DNA from: Nitrospirota bacterium
Lineage (GTDB): Bacteria; Nitrospirota; UBA9217
Length of the DNA stretch: 64,000 nt
Direction: 5' to 3'
NCBI GenBank assembly: GCA_963740085.1
Contig: CAVUCU010000005.1
Span: forward strand, 352,001-416,000
The translations under genes were made by a program, and so were the position numbers. The stretch's first letter is position 1; the number at the start of each line of letters is the position of its first letter. Positions 29,904-39,659 of the stretch are shown here, one piece after another. Under the pieces are notes generated by a model. The model had not been told where the DNA came from. It made no database searches and saw nothing but the letters and a program-made list of their open reading frames with translations.

Positions 29904-30656
29904 ATGAAACTCGTGCGATTTCAGGTCCATGGACGGACGGCGTGCGGCATCCTGCAGGGGGAAGAAGTAACGGAACTTGAGGGTGACCTCTTCGGGACGC
30001 TGAAAACTCCCGCAACGGGCCATACGCTCGCCGGCGTGAGGCTTCTTTCCCCGTGCAGCCCATCCAAGGTCGTCGCCGTAGGACTGAACTACCGGGACCA
30101 CGCCCGAGAGCTGGGACTGCCGGTCCCTGATACACCGATCATTTTTCTCAAGCCGCCGACTGCCGTCATCGGTCCCGGTGACATCATACGGTTTCCCGGA
30201 ATGAGCTCCCAGGTCGACTTCGAGGCGGAGCTCGGGATCGTCATTAAGGACCGGATAAAAGATATCCGGCCTGAAGAGGCACGCGGGCATATTCTGGGCT
30301 ACACCTGCGCTAATGACGTTACGGCGCGGGACCTCCAGAAGAAGGACGGCCAGTGGACGCGTGCCAAGTCATTCGACACCTTCTGCCCTGTCGGTCCCTG
30401 GATCGAGACCGATCTCGAGCCCGACGATCTTCTTGTCGAGTCCTTTCTTAACGGCGTGCAGCGGCAATCTTCGCGGACCTCGCAGTTTATTTTCAATGCG
30501 GATCATATCATCAGCTTCATTTCTCAGGTCATGACGCTCTACCCCGGCGATCTTGTCATCACCGGCACTCCGGCAGGTATCGGGCCCATGGCACCGGGTG
30601 ATGAGATCGAAGTGAGGATTGAGGGTATCGGCAGTCTGAAAAATACAGTGAAGTAA
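29904..30656 (+). CDS. Fumarylacetoacetate hydrolase family protein
   Basis: VGLNYRDH, DFEAEL, NDVTARD, KSFDTFCP and TGTPAG. Confidence 0.95.
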   Translation: MKLVRFQVHGRTACGILQGEEVTELEGDLFGTLKTPATGHTLAGVRLLSPCSPSKVVAVGLNYRDHARELGLPVPDTPIIFLKPPTAVIGPGDIIRFPGMSSQVDFEAELGIVIKDRIKDIRPEEARGHILGYTCANDVTARDLQKKDGQWTRAKSFDTFCPVGPWIETDLEPDDLLVESFLNGVQRQSSRTSQFIFNADHIISFISQVMTLYPGDLVITGTPAGIGPMAPGDEIEVRIEGIGSLKNTVK

Positions 30657-30660
30657 GTTA

Positions 30661-30745
30661 AAATGCAAATTGCAAAACGCAAATTGCAAAATTAAGCGGC
30701 GCATTATTTGGCATTTTGCACTTTGACTTTTTCCCTTTTGCATTT
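30661..30745. repeat. Intergenic palindrome with heptamer arms (AAWYGCA)x4
   Basis: AAATGCA AATTGCA AAACGCA AATTGCA AAAT ... ATTTTGCACTTTGACTTTTTCCCTTTTGCATTT. Confidence 0.85.
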
Positions 30746-30762
30746 CTTTGAGGAGGCCGTCA

Positions 30763-32001
30763 TTGACGCAGGAACCCTACATTCAATCCCTTTTTGCCGA
30801 GCGCATCGGCGGCAGGATGTTCGGCAGGGAACAGAAGATCTACAAGTTCGAGAAGATCAAGCGTGCAAAACGCGCCGCCCTCGTTGCTCACCCGGGTGCT
30901 GAACTTATCGATTTCGGCGTAGGCGAACCGGATGAGATGGCGTTCCCCGGCGTGGTCGGGACGCTCCAGAAAGAGGCCGAGAAACCCGAGAACCGCGGCT
31001 ACGCCGACAACGGAATTCAGGAGTTCAAGGACGCCGCTGCGAGATACCTGCAGAAGGTCTACGGTGTTACCGGCATCGACCCCGAAACCGAAGTGCTGCA
31101 CGGCATCGGGAGCAAACCCGTGCTCGCCATGTTGCCGGCGATCTTCATTAATCCCGGCGATGTGACGCTCATGACCGTGCCTAACTATCCCATCATGGGA
31201 ACCCATACCCGCTGGTACGGCGGCACGGTTGTGGACATGCCGCTCTACGAGAAGAACGGTTTTCTCCCCTACCTCGACTCAATTTCATCGGACGTGAGAA
31301 AGCGCGCCAAGCTCCTGTACATCAACTACCCGAACAACCCCACCGGCGCGGGCGCGACCAGGGCGTTCTTCGAAAAGGTCATCTCATTTGCGAAAAACAA
31401 CGGGGTCATCGTCGTGCATGACGCTGCCTATGCCGCGCTCACGTACGGGACAAGACCGCTCTCATTTCTTTCAGTGCCCGGCGCCAAGGACGTGGGCGTG
31501 GAGGTCCACTCTCTTTCCAAGGCGTTTAACATGACCGGCTGGCGCCTTTCTTTTGTGGCCGGGAACGAGCGCGTGATCGCCGGTTACGCGAATGTGAAGG
31601 ACAATTACGACTCGGGTCAGTTCAAGGCGATCCAGAAGGCGGGCGTCTATGCCCTGGACCATCCCGAGATCACGGATGAGATCGCGGCCAAATACGAACG
31701 CCGGCTGCGGGCCATGTCAGGCGTCCTGTCGGAGATGGGGTTCAGCGCGAAGATGCCTGCCGGCACGTTCTACCTGTACGTAAAAATGCCGACGGGCGTC
31801 AAGGGAGGCAGACCGTTCACGAGCGCGGAGGATTTCTCGGAGTTCCTTATCGCCGAGAAGCTCATCAGCACCGTGCCCTGGGACGACGCGGGGTCCTACA
31901 TCCGCTTCTCGGCGACCTTTGAAGCAAAAGACAAGGCGGACGAACGGCGCGTGCTCGACGAGTTCAAAAAAAGGATGGGCGATCTGCAGTTCGAATTTTA
32001 A
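30763..32001 (+). CDS. dapL: LL-diaminopimelate aminotransferase (class I/II PLP enzyme)
   Basis: NYPNNPTG, DAAY and SLSKAFNMTGWR motifs; dap-cluster context; TTG start after GAGGAGG. Confidence 0.85.
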   Translation: MTQEPYIQSLFAERIGGRMFGREQKIYKFEKIKRAKRAALVAHPGAELIDFGVGEPDEMAFPGVVGTLQKEAEKPENRGYADNGIQEFKDAAARYLQKVYGVTGIDPETEVLHGIGSKPVLAMLPAIFINPGDVTLMTVPNYPIMGTHTRWYGGTVVDMPLYEKNGFLPYLDSISSDVRKRAKLLYINYPNNPTGAGATRAFFEKVISFAKNNGVIVVHDAAYAALTYGTRPLSFLSVPGAKDVGVEVHSLSKAFNMTGWRLSFVAGNERVIAGYANVKDNYDSGQFKAIQKAGVYALDHPEITDEIAAKYERRLRAMSGVLSEMGFSAKMPAGTFYLYVKMPTGVKGGRPFTSAEDFSEFLIAEKLISTVPWDDAGSYIRFSATFEAKDKADERRVLDEFKKRMGDLQFEF

Positions 32002-32012
32002 TCGGGAATCCT

Positions 32013-32070
32013 TTGCCGCGAGGACACGAAGCATGAAGGCGAATTTTGACTTTGTGTCTTTGCCGTGGCC
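32013..32070. repeat. Degenerate palindrome of the same family
   Basis: TTGCCGCGAGGACACGAAG ... CTTTGTGTCTTTGCCGTGGCC. Confidence 0.5.
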
Positions 32071-32085
32071 GAATGTGGTGTTATT

Positions 32086-32586
32086 ATGCTGACTATTGCA
32101 TATATCGGAATAGGCTCGAACATAGGAGACAAGACGGCCAATTGTCAGACGGCCGTCGAGGGTCTCGAAGAAGCGGGCCGGGTCATCGGCGTTTCCTCGT
32201 TCTACTACACGGAGCCCGTGGGCTACAAAGAACAAGAGGATTTCATTAATGCCGTGGCTTCGCTGGAGACCACCCGCTCGCCCGCTGAGCTCCTGGCGAT
32301 CTGCCATGCCATCGAAGACCGCTTGGGACGCAGGCGGACGGTGCGCTGGGGTCCGCGTACCGTTGATCTCGACATCCTGCTGTATGGAGATCTGGTGGTG
32401 AACCGGCCGGACCTTGTCATTCCCCATCCTTTGATGGCAATGAGAAGGTTCGTGCTCGCGCCTCTTGTTGAGATCGCGCCCGAGGTCATTCATCCGGTCT
32501 TGAACAAAACAATGTTCCAGCTTCTCTCTGCACTGCAGAGTTCGCACACGGTGATGAAATGCAAGTCCGTGAACAGGGCTCAATGA
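32086..32586 (+). CDS. folK: 2-amino-4-hydroxy-6-hydroxymethyldihydropteridine diphosphokinase
   Basis: YIGIGSNIG, RWGPRTVDLDILLY and IPHP...RRFVLAPL. Confidence 0.96.
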   Translation: MLTIAYIGIGSNIGDKTANCQTAVEGLEEAGRVIGVSSFYYTEPVGYKEQEDFINAVASLETTRSPAELLAICHAIEDRLGRRRTVRWGPRTVDLDILLYGDLVVNRPDLVIPHPLMAMRRFVLAPLVEIAPEVIHPVLNKTMFQLLSALQSSHTVMKCKSVNRAQ

Positions 32587-33245
32587 TCCCAAAACCTGAT
32601 ATACGTCCCGCCCGCTACATTGTGACCGAGGGCCCCGTCGGTGTCGGCAAGACCAGCCTCACGTCGCTGCTCGCCGAAGAGCTCGGCGCACGCCTGATCC
32701 TCGAGCAGGCGGAGGAAAACCCCTTTCTCAACAATTTCTACCGGGACCCCGCCCGGTATCGGTTCCAGACGCAGATGTTCTTCCTCCTGAGCCGGTTCAG
32801 CCAGCAGCAGGAGATGGCGCAGCCGGACCTCTTTACCCGCATCACCATCAGCGACTATCTCTTTGACAAGGACCGGATCTTCGCCTACCTGAACCTTGAC
32901 GACAACGAACTGGCGCTCTATGAGCAGTTTTATAAGATCCTTGAACCGAAGATCGTCCGGCCCGACCTGGTGATCTTTCTCCAGGCGGACACCGACACGC
33001 TGCTCCGACGCATTAAGCAGCGCGGCAGGTCCTTCGAAAAAGAGATCGGACTCGACTACATTACCGCCGTGAACGAGGCCTATAATCAGTTTTTCTTTCG
33101 TTATACCGACACCCCGCTCCTTGTGATCAACACCTCGGACATCGACTTTGTCCATCGCAGGGAAGACCTCGACGACCTGCTGAAGCAGATCCTGGGTATG
33201 AAACAGGGGACGCAGTACTACGTGCCGAGGACGAGGATAAAATAA
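32583..33245 (+). CDS. Deoxynucleoside kinase
   Basis: EGPVGVGKTS, ENPFL, Q.FFL.SRF and RIKQRGRSFE. Confidence 0.93.
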   Translation: MIPKPDIRPARYIVTEGPVGVGKTSLTSLLAEELGARLILEQAEENPFLNNFYRDPARYRFQTQMFFLLSRFSQQQEMAQPDLFTRITISDYLFDKDRIFAYLNLDDNELALYEQFYKILEPKIVRPDLVIFLQADTDTLLRRIKQRGRSFEKEIGLDYITAVNEAYNQFFFRYTDTPLLVINTSDIDFVHRREDLDDLLKQILGMKQGTQYYVPRTRIK

Positions 33246-33365
33246 TGTGAACCTGCCGCCGCAAGTGGCGACCTCTGTGGTTAAAATTCCTGTCCTGTTG
33301 CAAAGAAGTAGATTCTTTTTTCCGATTGCGGTTTATACCCTTTTTGTGTAAGATTGAGCCCATCC

Positions 33366-34301
33366 ATGGCGCTCTACATTCTGAAAAGGCTTTTTCTCTT
33401 CATCCCAACCCTTCTCGGCATCACGCTTATTACGTTCATTCTGATGCAGTCCCTGCCCGGCGACCCGGTGACGGCCATGGTCGGCGAGCGGGCTTCTCCC
33501 GAGACGATCGCGCGAATAAGGACCGAACTTGGCCTGGACAGGTCGCTCACCTATCAGTATTTCATGTATCTTAAACGGCTTGGGAGCGGTCAACTCGGAC
33601 AATCGCTGTACACCAATCGTCAGGTAACTGATGACCTGCTCCAAAAGTTCCCGAACACGGCAAGGCTCGCGCTCACGGCAATGCTCTTTGCGTCGGTCAT
33701 CGGCATCGGTATGGGAGTGTTCGCGGCCTCGAAACGTGGCACGAACTGGGACCGGTTCGTGACGCTCCTGTCCGTGGGCGGCATCTCCATCCCGGTCTTC
33801 TGGCTCGGCCTCGCGCTCATGCTCCTTTTTGCCTTCTATCTTCAATGGCTCCCTCCGTCGGGCATGGGCAATGGCGGCCTCATCCACATCATCCTTCCGG
33901 CGGTTACGCTCGGAACCTTCTCGCTCTCTTATATCGCGCGCGTGACGCGGTCCTCCATGCTCGAGACGCTTTCCCAGCCCTATGTCGCGGCCGCCCGCGC
34001 CAAAGGATTATCGGAATCCAGCGTGGTGTTCAAACATGCGCTCAAGAACGCGCTCATTCCTGTCGTAACGCTCATCGGACTGGACCTCGGTTCGTATTTG
34101 AACGGCGCGGTATTGACCGAGACGATCTTCGGATGGGACGGGCTCGGACGCTACGCGCTCGACGGAATTCTGAAAAGAGATTACCCCGTCATCATGGGTG
34201 TTGTGCTTTTCGGTGCAGTGATCTTTGTGACCATGAACCTTCTGGTCGACATCTCGTACCATTTCCTGGACCCGAGGGTGCGGGTGAGAACGGAAAAGTA
34301 G
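33366..34301 (+). CDS. Peptide/nickel ABC transporter permease (DppB/OppB family)
   Basis: PGDP, ARAKGL EAA loop, ETIFGWDGLG and DPR end. Confidence 0.93.
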   Translation: MALYILKRLFLFIPTLLGITLITFILMQSLPGDPVTAMVGERASPETIARIRTELGLDRSLTYQYFMYLKRLGSGQLGQSLYTNRQVTDDLLQKFPNTARLALTAMLFASVIGIGMGVFAASKRGTNWDRFVTLLSVGGISIPVFWLGLALMLLFAFYLQWLPPSGMGNGGLIHIILPAVTLGTFSLSYIARVTRSSMLETLSQPYVAAARAKGLSESSVVFKHALKNALIPVVTLIGLDLGSYLNGAVLTETIFGWDGLGRYALDGILKRDYPVIMGVVLFGAVIFVTMNLLVDISYHFLDPRVRVRTEK

Positions 34302-34304
34302 CAG

Positions 34305-34437
34305 TTTGGCCTAATAAAAGCTGAAAACCGGGACCGCGGGGAGAGCGGCAGTGGTTGCGAAGCCCGTATTGCCTTGTGGTGAAGGGTTAGGTAGCAAAGG
34401 ACGACAGACGAGGCCGAATTCCGAAACAGGCGTCAAA
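34305..34437. mobile_element. Possible ~130-bp MITE-like insertion between the two permease genes
   Basis: Weak inverted ends (TTTGGCCT...AGGCGTCAAA) in a junction that is usually short; no second copy seen. Confidence 0.3.
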
Positions 34438-34440
34438 ATT

Positions 34441-35277
34441 ATGCTCAATAACCTCACCATTAAAGACCTGACGAGCAATACCCCGGCTTTAATCGCAGTG
34501 ATTCTGCTCGTCCTGCTCGTGCTTACGGCAATAATCGGGCCGCATCTTGTCTCCTATGCACCTGATGCGATAAACCTCGACAGCCTGAAACAACCGCCGG
34601 GCAAAACGCATTTCCTGGGCACGGACAGTAAGGGTCGGGACATCCTCTCGCGCATTGTTTCAGGGGCGCGCATTTCTCTGAGCGTGGGGATCCTCGCATC
34701 CGCGCTCTCTCTCTGCATCGGCATCTTTTTCGGCCTGATCGCGGGTTACTTCGGCGGCAAGGTTGACGTATTCTTCTCGCAAATCTTCGATATTTTTCTC
34801 GCCTTCCCGAGTTTGTTGCTTGCCATCGGCATCAGCGCGGTCATGCCCCCGGGGCTGACCTCTGCTATGCTCGCGATCACCCTCGTCGGCTGGGCCGGAT
34901 TTGCCCGGCTCGTACGGGGGGTCACGCTGTCACTGAAAGAGCAGACCTATGTTGAGGCGTCACAAGCCCTCGGTGCTTCATCGGCGAGGATTCTGTACAG
35001 GCACATCCTTCCGAACGCGCTTCCGCTGATCCTCGTGGCAGGCAGTCTGCGCGTCGGCGGGTTCATCCTGCTCGAAGCCGCGCTCTCGTTCCTCGGCCTC
35101 GGCGTGCAGCCGCCCACCCCCACCTGGGGCTCGATGATCAGCCTGAACCGGGCGTATATAAACTCCGCCCCGTGGATGGTGATCTTCCCCGGCCTCGCCA
35201 TCAGCATCACGGTGATAAGCTTCAACATCCTTGGAGATTTTTTGCGGGACAAGCTCGACCCGCGGATGCAGGTGTAG
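34441..35277 (+). CDS. Peptide/nickel ABC transporter permease (DppC/OppC family)
   Basis: HFLGTDSKGRD, YVEASQALGAS, LSFLGLGVQPPTPTWG and DPR. Confidence 0.93.
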   Translation: MLNNLTIKDLTSNTPALIAVILLVLLVLTAIIGPHLVSYAPDAINLDSLKQPPGKTHFLGTDSKGRDILSRIVSGARISLSVGILASALSLCIGIFFGLIAGYFGGKVDVFFSQIFDIFLAFPSLLLAIGISAVMPPGLTSAMLAITLVGWAGFARLVRGVTLSLKEQTYVEASQALGASSARILYRHILPNALPLILVAGSLRVGGFILLEAALSFLGLGVQPPTPTWGSMISLNRAYINSAPWMVIFPGLAISITVISFNILGDFLRDKLDPRMQV

Positions 35278-35635
35278 CAGGCAGCGTAAATGAAGATCAG
35301 GCGAATAAAGCGGAATCACTAGCGCCTGGCTGAGAAATACCGCAATCAAAAATTGACTTCATGCATAGATAGTGCATATAAAGTCCTTCCTGTATCACGC
35401 AGAGTTTTCATTCTTCGTACCACATCGAGTTTTATTCTGTATCTGTTACCCTATGCCCGTCAAATATCTCTCATACCCATTCGATCTCGTTGACATCGTG
35501 GAAGAGAGGGCATATATTTGTTTCAACGAATGCTGGAAGAACGATCGGATATCAGGATTATCTAGCTAAGCACTCATTTATTGGCGTTGAGCAGGGTCCT
35601 TTCAATCACCGGTTCGCTAGCAATGGAGAAAAGAG

Positions 35636-35908
35636 ATGGGATGCCTAATTGCAGTTGTCGCCTTGGCTGTGCCCCGGGTACTGATAGTCTTCGCCTTTCT
35701 GTTGACTGACTGGTTCGGACGCGCATTTCAGACCAGCGTGTGGCCGATCTTGGGATTCGCGTTCATGCCCTATACGACGCTCGCTTATCTGGCGGCTATG
35801 CTTAACAACAATCACACGTTGTCTGGTGGCTGGCTGGTGCTTCTTGTTGTAGCCATTGTCGTCGACGCTGGTCATTGGGGTGGTGGAGCTACCTATCGTC
35901 GAAGGTGA
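35636..35908 (+). CDS. Small hypothetical membrane protein
   Basis: GGAGA RBS, three hydrophobic segments, PR...MPYTTL.Y motif. Confidence 0.7.
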   Translation: MGCLIAVVALAVPRVLIVFAFLLTDWFGRAFQTSVWPILGFAFMPYTTLAYLAAMLNNNHTLSGGWLVLLVVAIVVDAGHWGGGATYRRR

Positions 35909-36109
35909 CTCGGCAAGTGAGTCTCGGAATCTGCGAATTCTGAACCCTGCGGCAAACAACTGAGCGACGCGGAACGCAGCAAATGGCGAACAGGAGGTTC
36001 TTCCTCTACTCTTGGAAGTTTCATTTCTTTGGAACACTTCAATGTACATTCTGTATTTGTTGCTCAAAGAACCACCTCCAGGCTCTACGGAAAGTGGTTT
36101 GAAAGGCGT

Positions 36110-37609
36110 ATGAAGAAAGTCTGCACAACAGAATCACTATTAACGCGGCTGTTTTTCGCTTATGTGTTCTGCTTATTTGCGGCGACGGCACTGTTTCAAA
36201 ACGGCCTGTTCGAGCGAGATGGTTATTATCATGCGCGTCTCGCCCAACTGATGCCGGAGCGGTGGATTTCTCAAAGCTTTCCCTGGACGCAGCTCAGCAC
36301 CTGGAAGGATCGCTACTGCGATAAGGAGTTTCTGTATCACCTCGCAATGATGCCATTCGCCCAGCTGGGCACCGAGCCGATCCTCGGCGCACGGATCTTC
36401 GCCGTACTTCTCTCAGTAGCCGTCATTGGAGCGCTTTACTGGTTGCTTCGCGCGAACAAAGTCAGGTGGCCCCTGTTCTTTAGTGCTTTGCCCTTCGGCA
36501 TGGGCGGGTTATTCATCGCGCGGCTCGGCATGATCCGGTCTCATGTGCTGAGCATGCTGCTGCTCCTATTCGGCATTCATTTCTTGCTGCATCGACGATG
36601 GTTGGCCTTGTTCGTGTTAGGGTTTGTGTTCGCCTGGAGCTACACGGTCCCCTTTGTCCTGCTCATCACCGCCGTATCATTCGCTGTGGGGCAGTGGCTT
36701 GGCAGGGGCGGACTCGATTATCTGTCCGTTGCTGCTGCAGGGATAGGCTCGGTCCTGGGCCTCGCGGTGCACCCGTATTCTCCGATGACCCTCGAGACAT
36801 TCCTCACGTATGTGCAGATCTTCCGCATGGGGATGGAAGGCGTTGGCACGTCCGGATTCGAACTCGGCAACGAAATTTACCCGTATTCCCTGCCCGTGTT
36901 TTTTAACATCTATCCTCTGATCGTGATCCTCGTCCCCCTGCTCGTGTTGTTCGTGCTGCTTCGCAGAAAGCGCTTGGCACCGGAGACCTTCGGGGTCGTC
37001 CTGTCGGCGCTCTGTTGGTTCGGGATGACTATGGCTGCGGCGCGCTTTGTGGAGTATTTGGTGCCGCTCCTTGCTGTTGCCGTCGCTTTTGTTGCGCGAG
37101 ACTCGCTTTCAGCGCAGGATGTTGTTCTGCGTCTACCCGCGCTCAGCAAACGTATGCGCTGGTTTATTGCGACTGCGGCAATCGGCATGCTCCTGGCGTT
37201 TCACATCTATTCCATGAAATTCTATATAATCTATCAGACCACGGCCGCCCCGCCTCTTTTTTTTCAGGGGGCGTCGCGCTGGATGGAACAGCATCTGGCG
37301 CCGGACGAAACTGTGATCAATCTGTTCTGGGACGATTTCCCTGACTTGTTTTATGCCGCGCCGCGTCAACGGTATATCTGGGGCCTCGACCCCACCTACA
37401 CGATCCGTTACGACCGGAACAAGGCGGTCTTACTCGAGAACTTCCGGCGCCATCTGACGCGTCTAGACGGCCGCGTTTTAGCGGACATGCTGCAAGCCCA
37501 CTGGCTCATCCTTCGAGCGAGTCGAGTGGCTCGCTATCCTGAACTCCGCAGCACGCCATTCCGGGAAGTATACCGTGACGATGCGGCAGTTCTTTTTAAA
37601 ATAGAGTGA
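36110..37609 (+). CDS. Polytopic membrane protein, GT-C glycosyltransferase-like
   Basis: First loop DGYYH...FPW...DKEFLYH, many TM helices, soluble C-domain ending EVYRDDAAVLFKI. Confidence 0.6.
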   Translation: MKKVCTTESLLTRLFFAYVFCLFAATALFQNGLFERDGYYHARLAQLMPERWISQSFPWTQLSTWKDRYCDKEFLYHLAMMPFAQLGTEPILGARIFAVLLSVAVIGALYWLLRANKVRWPLFFSALPFGMGGLFIARLGMIRSHVLSMLLLLFGIHFLLHRRWLALFVLGFVFAWSYTVPFVLLITAVSFAVGQWLGRGGLDYLSVAAAGIGSVLGLAVHPYSPMTLETFLTYVQIFRMGMEGVGTSGFELGNEIYPYSLPVFFNIYPLIVILVPLLVLFVLLRRKRLAPETFGVVLSALCWFGMTMAAARFVEYLVPLLAVAVAFVARDSLSAQDVVLRLPALSKRMRWFIATAAIGMLLAFHIYSMKFYIIYQTTAAPPLFFQGASRWMEQHLAPDETVINLFWDDFPDLFYAAPRQRYIWGLDPTYTIRYDRNKAVLLENFRRHLTRLDGRVLADMLQAHWLILRASRVARYPELRSTPFREVYRDDAAVLFKIE

Positions 37610-37779
37610 GACGGATCCAGCCGCAGAACGGGCCAGACACCCCGTTTAGCGTATGACTGCTACGAGTTCAGGCGCAGTGTAAAAACGTAACGTCCACTGT
37701 AAATGTAGATGTCGCGGTATGTATGAATTAAAGGGGCCAGTTTTGTAGGTCTGTTAGGGCGACGCGAATCCCGACACCT

Positions 37780-37836
37780 CACTAACCTTTCGCTCCATGC
37801 CGACCGCTTCGAGGCGGATGAACTCATTGTCATGTG
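37780..37836 (+). other. Degenerate integron attC-like site
   Basis: CACTAAC-CTTT-CGCTCCATGCCGACCGC-TTCG-AGGCGGATGAACTC-ATT-GTCATGTG, 57 bp. Confidence 0.55.
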
Positions 37837-38101
37837 CAAGTTACGATCTGTATTTGATAATTATATCAGTATTTTAAAATTACACATTCGTAGGCGAACT
37901 AAATAACATGCCACCATTCATCATCTTCAGCTTACGCGAAATCTGCACGTAAATATCAGGTGTCATACTTACAAAATTTAGCACGCTCGTCACCTGTCGC
38001 AATTCCAGCTGATTTTCTGTTTTCAACCCTCATCATTTCCGTCCGGGCACCCCTGACAAAATCAACTTGTAAATTATTGTGTTCGTGTTAGTATAAAATT
38101 C

Positions 38102-38893
38102 ATGATCGAGAACATCCGCGCAATTAAATCCCTGGGCCAGAATTTTCTCAAGGACCCGCACTATCTCAACAGGATCGCGGACGCGGCGCAGGTCGGGCCC
38201 GAAGACCAGGTGCTGGAGATAGGGCCGGGGCTCGGTCATCTCACCGCGGTCCTTGCGCAGCGAGCGCGAAAGGTCCTGGCCGTCGAGGTGGATGACAGGC
38301 TTATCCCGCGCCTGCAAAGTGTGTTCAGCGCGTGTCCGAATTTTGAGCTTGTTCATGCAGATGCGCTCGAGTATGACTACGGATCGCTTAACGGGCAATG
38401 GAAGGTCGTGGCAAACCTTCCCTATTATATTTCAACGCCCATCATTCAAAGGCTTATCGTGCGGCGGGATAAGTTCATCAGCCTTACGCTCATGCTCCAA
38501 AAGGAAGTCGCGGAACGGATCGCTTCGCCGCCGGGGGGGAAGGAATACGGCTATCTCTCGGTGCTCGTGCAGTTCTACACCGTGCCGAGGATAGAGTTCA
38601 AGGTCCCGCCGGGCGCCTTTACGCCCTCCCCCGAGGTGGACTCATGCGTGACCACCCTGACCTTGCGCAGCCGACCCGCTGTCACGGTCAGGGACGAGGC
38701 CTTCTTCATCCGGGTGATCAAGGCTGCGTTCTCACAGCGCAGGAAGACGCTCCGAAATTCCCTCAAACAACTTGAGGCGCCGAAAGACAGGATGAACGCG
38801 GTTTTGAACAGCACCGGCATCGACCTCGGTCGCAGGGCTGAGACGCTGAGCGTGGAGGAGTTCGGCAAATTGTCGGATTTTCTCTTTTCCTGA
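38102..38893 (+). CDS. rsmA: 16S rRNA m6,2A dimethyltransferase
   Basis: KSLGQNFL, LEIGPGLG, ANLPYYI, QKEVAER and FSQRRKTL. Confidence 0.97.
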   Translation: MIENIRAIKSLGQNFLKDPHYLNRIADAAQVGPEDQVLEIGPGLGHLTAVLAQRARKVLAVEVDDRLIPRLQSVFSACPNFELVHADALEYDYGSLNGQWKVVANLPYYISTPIIQRLIVRRDKFISLTLMLQKEVAERIASPPGGKEYGYLSVLVQFYTVPRIEFKVPPGAFTPSPEVDSCVTTLTLRSRPAVTVRDEAFFIRVIKAAFSQRRKTLRNSLKQLEAPKDRMNAVLNSTGIDLGRRAETLSVEEFGKLSDFLFS

Positions 38894-39007
38894 TCCCGAC
38901 AATCTGCCGGATAAATTTCCGGTTTGCTCAGGTTGTGAGCACGAGAGAATAGTCCTGAGTTTTTTTACGTCGTGTTCCGTGGCGATCCATCGAACTTCCT
39001 TTTCGCC

Positions 39008-39035
39008 TTGACATTTACCCGTCTTGCCATATAAT
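39008..39035 (+). promoter_or_regulatory. Sigma70 consensus promoter upstream of gmhA
   Basis: TTGACA-N16-TATAAT. Confidence 0.75.
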
Positions 39036-39072
39036 AAACCCTCGATCATTCTTGCCGCTCCGGGAGCACTTC

Positions 39073-39654
39073 ATGAAAGACGCAATCATAAAAACATTCG
39101 AGGAAAGCGCGAAGGTAAAGGTAAAATTTGCAGGCGAGAACGTTGAAAAAATCGAGGAAGTGGTCCAGCTTATCGCTCAGGCGTTCCGCGAAGGCAAGAA
39201 GGTCCTCCTCTTCGGCAACGGCGGGAGCGCCTCAGACGCCTCGCACATTGCCGCTGAGTTCGTGAACCGTTTTCTCATTGAACGGCCGCCCCTGCCCGCC
39301 ATCGCGCTGAACACCGACGTAGCAGTGCTCACCAGCATCAGCAACGATTACGACTATTCATACGTATTCTCGAAGCAGCTCGTCGCCCTCGGCAATGAAG
39401 GCGACGTGGTGATCGGGCTCAGCACGAGCGGCAACTCGTCGAACGTCGTCAGGGCGATCGACGTGGCTAAAAAGAACGGCATGAGGACCATCATGCTGAC
39501 CGGCGGCAATGGCGGCAAACTTGCGAACAAGGCAGACCATACATTCATTGTTCAATCGAAGGTCACGGCACGCATCCAGGAAACGCACATCACGCTCGGC
39601 CATGTCATCTGCCAGATGGTGGATGAGGAGCTTTTCGGCAACCATCGAAAATAG
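39073..39654 (+). CDS. gmhA: Phosphoheptose isomerase
   Basis: GNGGSASDASHIAAEF, NDY, STSGNS and RIQETH. Confidence 0.96.
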   Translation: MKDAIIKTFEESAKVKVKFAGENVEKIEEVVQLIAQAFREGKKVLLFGNGGSASDASHIAAEFVNRFLIERPPLPAIALNTDVAVLTSISNDYDYSYVFSKQLVALGNEGDVVIGLSTSGNSSNVVRAIDVAKKNGMRTIMLTGGNGGKLANKADHTFIVQSKVTARIQETHITLGHVICQMVDEELFGNHRK

Positions 39655-39659
39655 ACTGC

